64,000 nt of DNA, from contig OY762911.1 of assembly GCA_963666565.1 (NCBI GenBank), positions 4,576,001-4,640,000 of the forward strand, in the 5' to 3' direction. This document shows positions 58,300-64,000 of this stretch, piece by piece (within the stretch, counting starts at the first letter, position 1; each line of letters opens with the position of its first letter). The notes below the pieces were generated by a model. The model was not told where the DNA came from, ran no database searches, and saw only the letters and a list, made by a program, of their open reading frames with translations. Made by a program: the position numbers and the translations under genes. The DNA is from Thermoanaerobaculia bacterium (GTDB lineage: Bacteria; Acidobacteriota; Thermoanaerobaculia; Multivoradales; Multivoraceae).

Positions 58300-59564
58300 C
58301 CAGCCAAGCCGGAGGAGAACAGAATCTCCAGGTCGCGGCGTCCGCGGACGCTGCAATCCAACTGGAAGTACGGATGCTCGGTTCCGCGAACGATGTCCGT
58401 GGCGCCCCTCTCGTTCCTGGCCAGACACAGCACCTGCTCGGCACTGGACCGGTTCAGGAAATCGGGCGAGTGAGTGGCAGCCAGCACCTGGGAGTCGTAG
58501 ACCGACGACAACGAGTCGTGAATCGCGTCGAGAGACAGAGGATGGACGCCGTTCTCGGGCTCCTCCAGCAGGTAGATGCTGCCCGACTCGGGAAGATACG
58601 CCAGCAGCGTCAGCGCGAGCAGCCGCAGGGTGCCGTCGGAGACCATCCAGGAAGGTATCTCGAGGCCCGTGGCGTATCTCAGCATCAAGTAGGCATGGCG
58701 GTCCTCTTCGCGGATCTGAACGCCGACGCTCTCCAGGTCCGGGAGTGCGGTCCGCACATGACTGAGCCACGCCTCGTAGAGATCCGGACGATCGCTCCTG
58801 AGCCGGTCGACCGTCCAGGGCAGACTCGAACCGTCGGGCGCGAAACCGTTCCCGCGACGGGAAGGAGGACTCGCTTCCCGCATCCGCATGCTCTCGAGGA
58901 ACAAGGGCTTGATCGACTCGCTGAACGTCCGCTTCACGAGGGTCGACACGGGAAACGTATCGGGGGCCTCGGGCAGATTGGCCAGGGCCGACCGGTGATG
59001 CCCAAGCGCAATCGAGGTCACCCACCCCCTACCGGGCCGCGGCGCTGTCTCGAAGTTGAAGCTGGCCGAGCCCTCGGCCGACTTGCTCAGGACCGTCCTC
59101 CGACCGGGTCGGCCGCCGCCTTCCAGGAGCGTGTCCGGCGCCGTCCGCGGGTCGGGAAACAGCGAGTGCTGCCTCGGCTCTGCCCGCCCTGCCGGCGTAA
59201 GGAGCCCTCGCTCCGACTGGATGCGGACGTCTCCCTCGACTTCCCCTACGGCGATCTCGTAGCGAAACCGGCGATAGTCGCCGGGGAGGCGATCCAGGAG
59301 GGTTTCGGGAATCTCGAACTCCACCGCGAGTTCGAAGCCCGGCTCGCGGTCGGGGCGATTCCAGACCATGTCCTGGAAGTTCCGGGTGCGACGCTCGACG
59401 GCGCTCTCCAGCCCGTCCCGCACGAGGTCGGCGACGAACGAGACCACATCGAACAGCGTGCTCTTGCCGCTGGCATTGGGGCCGATCAGGACGTGGAAGC
59501 GGTCCAGGTCCAGATCGACGTAACGAAGACAGCGATAGTGAAGCGCCTGGATTCGTCGAATCAC
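58296..59564 (-). CDS. AAA_21/ABC-type ATPase (MAD3-like)
   Basis: GPNASGKST, SDGTLRLLAL, LLEEPENGVHP and ATHSP motifs. Confidence 0.88.
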   Translation of the reverse strand: MIRRIQALHYRCLRYVDLDLDRFHVLIGPNASGKSTLFDVVSFVADLVRDGLESAVERRTRNFQDMVWNRPDREPGFELAVEFEIPETLLDRLPGDYRRFRYEIAVGEVEGDVRIQSERGLLTPAGRAEPRQHSLFPDPRTAPDTLLEGGGRPGRRTVLSKSAEGSASFNFETAPRPGRGWVTSIALGHHRSALANLPEAPDTFPVSTLVKRTFSESIKPLFLESMRMREASPPSRRGNGFAPDGSSLPWTVDRLRSDRPDLYEAWLSHVRTALPDLESVGVQIREEDRHAYLMLRYATGLEIPSWMVSDGTLRLLALTLLAYLPESGSIYLLEEPENGVHPLSLDAIHDSLSSVYDSQVLAATHSPDFLNRSSAEQVLCLARNERGATDIVRGTEHPYFQLDCSVRGRRDLEILFSSGLAG

Positions 59565-59697
59565 GGTGCCAGTGTAACGCTCGGCTCGGACCTGCTTTCT
59601 CGGCGAACCGACTCGCTCGCGCGGCCTTCGACCCGGCCTGCAGACGAGCCGGCCGCGAAGCCAGCGCGGCAGAGGCCCGGAGGCCGGCGCTTCTTTC

Positions 59698-59739
59698 TGG
59701 CCGCCTCCGGCGGCAGCGGGTCAGAAGACCCGCGCACCC
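59698..59739 (-). repeat. REP-like palindrome, family A
   Basis: TGGCCGCCTCCGGCGGCAGCGGGTCAGAAGACCCGCGCACCC. Confidence 0.85.
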
Positions 59740-59780
59740 GGCGGACAGCCCTGCGCGACAGTGCGTCCTGACGGCTGCGA

Positions 59781-61988
59781 CTACTCCTGGCGAGGCTTGG
59801 CCAGCGCCGCCAGACGCTCCCGCAGCGTCGAGTAGCGGCGCAGGTCGGACGCTTCCTCGACGGCCTTCCGGAGCGCCCACTTCTGGCCGACGATGACGAC
59901 CAGCTTCCGGCCGCGGGTGATCGCCGTGTAGAGGAGGTTGCGGCGGAGCATGACGTAGTGGTGGGTCGTGATCGGCACGACGACGGCCGGGTACTCGGAG
60001 CCTTGGGACTTGTGGACGGTGACGGCGTAGGCCAGCATCAGGCGGTCGAGGTCGCTGAACCGGTACTCGACACGGCGGCCGTCGAAGAGGATCGTCATCT
60101 TCTCCGCGCCCGGGTCGATCGACCGGATGCGGCCGAGGTCGCCGTTGAAGACGTCCTTGTCGTAGTCGTTCTCGGTCTGCATCACCTTGTCGCCCGGGCG
60201 GTACTTCCAGCCGAAGCGCTCGACCTCGACGGCGCCCGACTCCGGGGCCGGGTTCAGCACCGCCTGCAGCGTCACGTTCAGGGTCCGCACGCCGAGCGGA
60301 CCGCGGTTCATCGGCGACAGGACCTGGACGTCGCCGACCGGGTCGAGCCCGAAGCGGCGGCGGATCCGCGCCGCGACGATCTCCACCACCTTGCGCTGGC
60401 CGTCCTCCGCATCCTCGGCCGGCACGAAGTAGAAGTCGCTCAGTTCATCCCGCGCGGCCTCCAGTTCCGGCAGGTAGCCCTCGTTCACGCGGTGGGCGTT
60501 GCGGACGATCCGGCTGTCGCCGGCCTGGCGGAAGATCTCCACCAGGCGCGCCACCGGGATCGCGCCGGAGTCGATCAGGTCGCGCAGCACCTGACCGGGA
60601 CCGACCGAGGGAAGCTGGTCCGCGTCGCCGATCAGCAGCAGGGACCCTTCGGCGGGCAGAGCCTGGAGCAGTGCCGCCATCAGCTCCACGTCGACCATCG
60701 ACGACTCGTCGACCACCAGCAGGCCGCAGTCGAGCGGGCGGTAGCGGCCGCGGCGGAAGGCGCCGCTGGAGGGATCGATCTCCAGCAACCGGTGGATCGT
60801 CTTCGCCGGATGGCCGGTGCTCTCGGCGAGCCGCTTGGCGGCGCGGCCGGTCGGCGCGCAGAGTTCGCAGCGGACGTCGCGGGCGTTCAGGATGCGCAGC
60901 ACCGCGTTGACCAGGGTCGTCTTGCCGACGCCGGGGCCGCCGGTGATCACCGTCACCCGTGACCGCAGACAGGTCTCCACGGCAGCGCGCTGGGACGGCG
61001 CCAGGTTCACTTCGAGCCGCTTCTCCACCCAGGGCAGCGCGGCCGCCGCGTCGATGTCCGACCAGGGCGGCGGATCGGCGCGGCAAAGCTCGGCGAGCCG
61101 GCGGGCGATCGCCCGTTCGGCCTCGAGCAGCATCGGCAGGAAGATCGCTTCGGCGCCGGCCAGGCTCGCGATGACGAGCCGGCCCGCTCGTATCTCCTCG
61201 TCCAGGGCCTGGACCAGGATCTCCTGCCGGATCTTCAGGAGTTCGCCGGCCTGCTCGCACAGCTCCTCCTTCGGCAGGCCGCAGTGGCCGGCGGAGCGCG
61301 CCTGCTCCAGCGCGTAGGTGAGACCGGCGCGGGCCCGCGGCAGTCCCTCCCGGTCCTTGCCCAGACTGGCGCCGATGCCGTCGGCGATGCGGAAGCCGAT
61401 GCCCCGAATCTCCCGCGCCAGCCGGTACGGGTCGTCGGCCAGAAGCGCGGCCGCGTCGGCGCCGTACGCACGGTAGATCTGGGCGGCGCGGGCCGATCCG
61501 AGGCCGTGCTCCTGCAGGAAGACCATGATCTCCCGCACCGCCTTCTGGTCCTTGAAGCCCTCGCCGAGACTCTTCGCCCGCTTCGGCCCGATGCCCGGCA
61601 CCTCGGTCAGGCGCTCGGGTTCCTTCTCGATCACGTCGAAGACGTCCTTGCCGAAGGCCTTGACGAGACGCTTCGCCATCTTCGGCCCGACTCCCTCGAC
61701 CTTGCCGGAGCCGAGATAGCGCCGGATGCCGTCGAGGGAGTCCGGCGGCGAGACGGCGAGACGGTCGGTCTGGAACTGGAGCCCGTGCTTGGGGTCTCTC
61801 CTGAAGCGGCCGGCGCCCTGGATCGTGTCTCCCGACTCGACAACCGGCAGGCGGCCAACGACCGTCAGTGGCTGGTGTCCGCCACCGACCCGTACGCTCA
61901 GCACCGCGAATCCGTTCTCCGGATTGTGGAAGACGACCCGCTCGACGACCCCGGAAAGCGCCTTGCGTTCCTCCGCGGCTTCCGTCAA
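59781..61988 (-). CDS. recD2: ATP-dependent RecD2-like DNA helicase
   Basis: HhH motifs, GGPGVGKT, APTGRAAK, DESSM, GDADQLPSV and HKSQGSE. Confidence 0.95.
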   Translation of the reverse strand: MTEAAEERKALSGVVERVVFHNPENGFAVLSVRVGGGHQPLTVVGRLPVVESGDTIQGAGRFRRDPKHGLQFQTDRLAVSPPDSLDGIRRYLGSGKVEGVGPKMAKRLVKAFGKDVFDVIEKEPERLTEVPGIGPKRAKSLGEGFKDQKAVREIMVFLQEHGLGSARAAQIYRAYGADAAALLADDPYRLAREIRGIGFRIADGIGASLGKDREGLPRARAGLTYALEQARSAGHCGLPKEELCEQAGELLKIRQEILVQALDEEIRAGRLVIASLAGAEAIFLPMLLEAERAIARRLAELCRADPPPWSDIDAAAALPWVEKRLEVNLAPSQRAAVETCLRSRVTVITGGPGVGKTTLVNAVLRILNARDVRCELCAPTGRAAKRLAESTGHPAKTIHRLLEIDPSSGAFRRGRYRPLDCGLLVVDESSMVDVELMAALLQALPAEGSLLLIGDADQLPSVGPGQVLRDLIDSGAIPVARLVEIFRQAGDSRIVRNAHRVNEGYLPELEAARDELSDFYFVPAEDAEDGQRKVVEIVAARIRRRFGLDPVGDVQVLSPMNRGPLGVRTLNVTLQAVLNPAPESGAVEVERFGWKYRPGDKVMQTENDYDKDVFNGDLGRIRSIDPGAEKMTILFDGRRVEYRFSDLDRLMLAYAVTVHKSQGSEYPAVVVPITTHHYVMLRRNLLYTAITRGRKLVVIVGQKWALRKAVEEASDLRRYSTLRERLAALAKPRQE

Positions 61989-62050
61989 GGTTCCGAGACC
62001 TCCGCGACGCTCGCCAACCCTTTCACGCCGTACAGCTTACGACGGACAGA

Positions 62051-62220
62051 GGAACGCAGCCGACCGAAGCGAGCGCCGCATCCCCTTCACTGAGAGAGCG
62101 CGCACCCATGTGGCGCGTCCCTGCGCCACATGCGTCGCAGTCCGTGCGTCCGCTGGCGGACACGCGGATGCCGCGTCCGCTGGGCCTCCTTCCCTTCGGT
62201 CCGTCCAGCCGAGGCGGCAG
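62051..62220 (+). repeat. Non-coding element, family B core
   Basis: GGAACGCAGCCGACCGAAGCGAGCGCCGCATCCCCTTCACTGAGAGAGCGCG matches 2545-2597; followed by a hairpin. Confidence 0.65.
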
Positions 62221-62302
62221 CAACCACCGTCGCCGTCCGGCCGTTCGGTGACACAATCATCGGCCTTCCCTCTCCGCCGACACCGAAGCCCGGAGCCTCC
62301 CC

Positions 62303-62947
62303 ATGACCGATACCTGCCGATTCGACCGCCTCGCGCTGAACGCCTCCGATCCCGCCGCCGCCGCCGACTGGTATGCGCGGCACTTCGGCGGCGAACCGCT
62401 GGCCAACGCCGGCGGCGCCGCCGCCCGCTTCCAGGCAGGGAGCGGCACGGCGGACCTCCACTGGCGCGGCGCCGAGGCGCCCGGTCCCAGCATCGGCACC
62501 GGGCTCGACCACTCCGGCTGGTCGGTCGAGAACCTGGACGAACTGCACGCCGCGATGCTCGCCGACGGCGCCACGGAGTTCTGGGAACCAAGACACTTCG
62601 GGCCGGCGAAGCTCTACATCTCCTTCGTGACGGACCCCTGGGGCGCGAAGATCGAGCTCCTCGAGGACGCGGCTCACCCCGGCTTCCACCACGTCCACAT
62701 CCTGGGCCCCGACTGCGAAGAGGACCGCGTCTGGCTGCTGGAGCGCGCGCCAGGGCGGGCCGAGACCTTCAAGGAAATCCTGCTGGCCGTCAACTACGGC
62801 ACGATGCGGGTGCTGTTCCGGCAGACCGACGACGAACTGGAACCGACCGCGGGCCGGGCGATCGACCACCTCGCGTGGACTTCGGCGGCCGGCGGCGGAC
62901 GCCATACCAGCCCGACCGGCGTCGACATCCAGGTGCGGCGGACCTAG
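62303..62947 (+). CDS. VOC/glyoxalase-family protein
   Basis: AADWY..FGG, LDHSGWSVENLD, FVTDPWGAKIELLE, FHHVH and IDHLAW motifs. Confidence 0.85.
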   Translation: MTDTCRFDRLALNASDPAAAADWYARHFGGEPLANAGGAAARFQAGSGTADLHWRGAEAPGPSIGTGLDHSGWSVENLDELHAAMLADGATEFWEPRHFGPAKLYISFVTDPWGAKIELLEDAAHPGFHHVHILGPDCEEDRVWLLERAPGRAETFKEILLAVNYGTMRVLFRQTDDELEPTAGRAIDHLAWTSAAGGGRHTSPTGVDIQVRRT

Positions 62948-63040
62948 CAGCGTGCGCGGCGGAAACCGGGTGCGCCGAAGCCCCCGCCGGCATCCGGCGC
63001 GAAGCGCCGGCTTCCGAACCTCCTGCCGCGCCGGCAGCCC

Positions 63041-64000
63041 GTGAGTCTGTGGCCGCCGCCGCGGCGGGTCGAGCTCCTCGACGCCGCCGACCCCCTGGTC
63101 CTGCCGCCGGGCATGTCCGCGGTCCTCGCGCTGACGCTTCCCGAGTCCGCGAACCGGGCGGACCCCGGCCCGGCCGGCGGGAGCGACCTTCCCGAAACCC
63201 TCGTCTTTGCCCTCGACGGCTTGTGCCGGGCCCTGGAAGCGGCGGGAGTCGGCCTTGCCGGCGCCGTCGCAAGGCCGGCGCGGTCGGCTACCGACGCGGT
63301 CGAGACATCGGCCCCCTCGGCGACGGATGCGGTCGAGCCGCCGGCGCGGCCCGCGACCGGCGAAGGGTCGGCAGCCCGGTCGACGCCGGCCAGTCGGCCG
63401 GTCGTCCGCCTCGAAGTCGGCTCGGCCGGCGCCGGAAACGGCTCGCCGGTCGCGGTCCCGACCGACGAGAGCTACCGCCTGCGGGTCCACGCCGGGGGCA
63501 TCGACATCCGCGCCGCGACGCCGACCGGCGTGTTCCGGTCAGCCGCGACGCTGAAGCAGTGGTTCGCCGCCCACGGCAAGCTCGCCGACTCCCGCTTCGA
63601 GGCGCCGGCCGTCGAGATCGAGGACCGGCCGGACTTCCCCATCCGCGGCGCGATGCTCGACGTGAGCCGCAACCGGGTGCCGCGAATGGACTACCTGGAG
63701 CGGCTGATCGACCGGCTCGCCGACTGGAAGATCAACCACCTCCAGCTCTATGTCGAACACGCCTACGCCTACGAAGACCACGAGGACGTCTGGCGCGACG
63801 CGTCCCCGTTCACCGCCGGGGAGATCCGGTCGCTCGACGCGTACTGTCGGGAGCGCTTCATCGAACTGGCGCCGAACCAGAACAGCTTCGGCCACTTCCA
63901 CCGCTGGCTGGTCCACGACCGCTATCGCCCGCTCGCCGAGGTGCCGGAAGGCTTTCAGCACCCCTTCTCCATCGACCCGGAGCCGTTCAGCCTCTGCGCC
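63041..64000 (+). CDS. Glycoside hydrolase family 20 (beta-hexosaminidase-like); runs off the window
   Basis: ESYRLRV..IEDRPDFPIRGAMLDVSRNRVP..KINHLQLYVEH..PNQNSFGH. Confidence 0.9.
   Translation, partial: MSLWPPPRRVELLDAADPLVLPPGMSAVLALTLPESANRADPGPAGGSDLPETLVFALDGLCRALEAAGVGLAGAVARPARSATDAVETSAPSATDAVEPPARPATGEGSAARSTPASRPVVRLEVGSAGAGNGSPVAVPTDESYRLRVHAGGIDIRAATPTGVFRSAATLKQWFAAHGKLADSRFEAPAVEIEDRPDFPIRGAMLDVSRNRVPRMDYLERLIDRLADWKINHLQLYVEHAYAYEDHEDVWRDASPFTAGEIRSLDAYCRERFIELAPNQNSFGHFHRWLVHDRYRPLAEVPEGFQHPFSIDPEPFSLCA

Overview
High-GC bacterial chromosomal window. The Calx-beta and CL..GRF.V.W-repeat protein and the gene style suggest Acidobacteriota (Thermoanaerobaculia-like, possibly host-associated); this is inference. 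Most of the window is housekeeping or catabolic genes: aminotransferases, SDRs, acyl-CoA dehydrogenase, a multidomain biotin carboxylase, ABC/MFS/MATE/SSS transporters, ppx, ltaE, coaA, a sulfatase, recD2 and a GH20. Three accessory patches interrupt it. (i) 21.9-25.2 kb holds collapsed toxin/defence cassettes and four paralogous 4-TM units. (ii) 33.9-41.1 kb is a defence island: MT-A70 MTase, SPPY MTase, a CBS-pair/HEPN fusion, McrB, McrC and an orphan HigA. (iii) 54.9-59.7 kb holds HEPN/MNT, a displaced recD2 fragment, an HNH-like ORF, orphan HicB and AbrB, and a stand-alone MAD3/MAD4-like pair. About 13 REP-like palindromes and a second, longer structured non-coding repeat family are dispersed through the window. 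The best candidate for an undescribed system is the CBS-HEPN protein placed directly upstream of McrBC. No rRNA, tRNA, CRISPR array or intact transposase/integrase was recognised.
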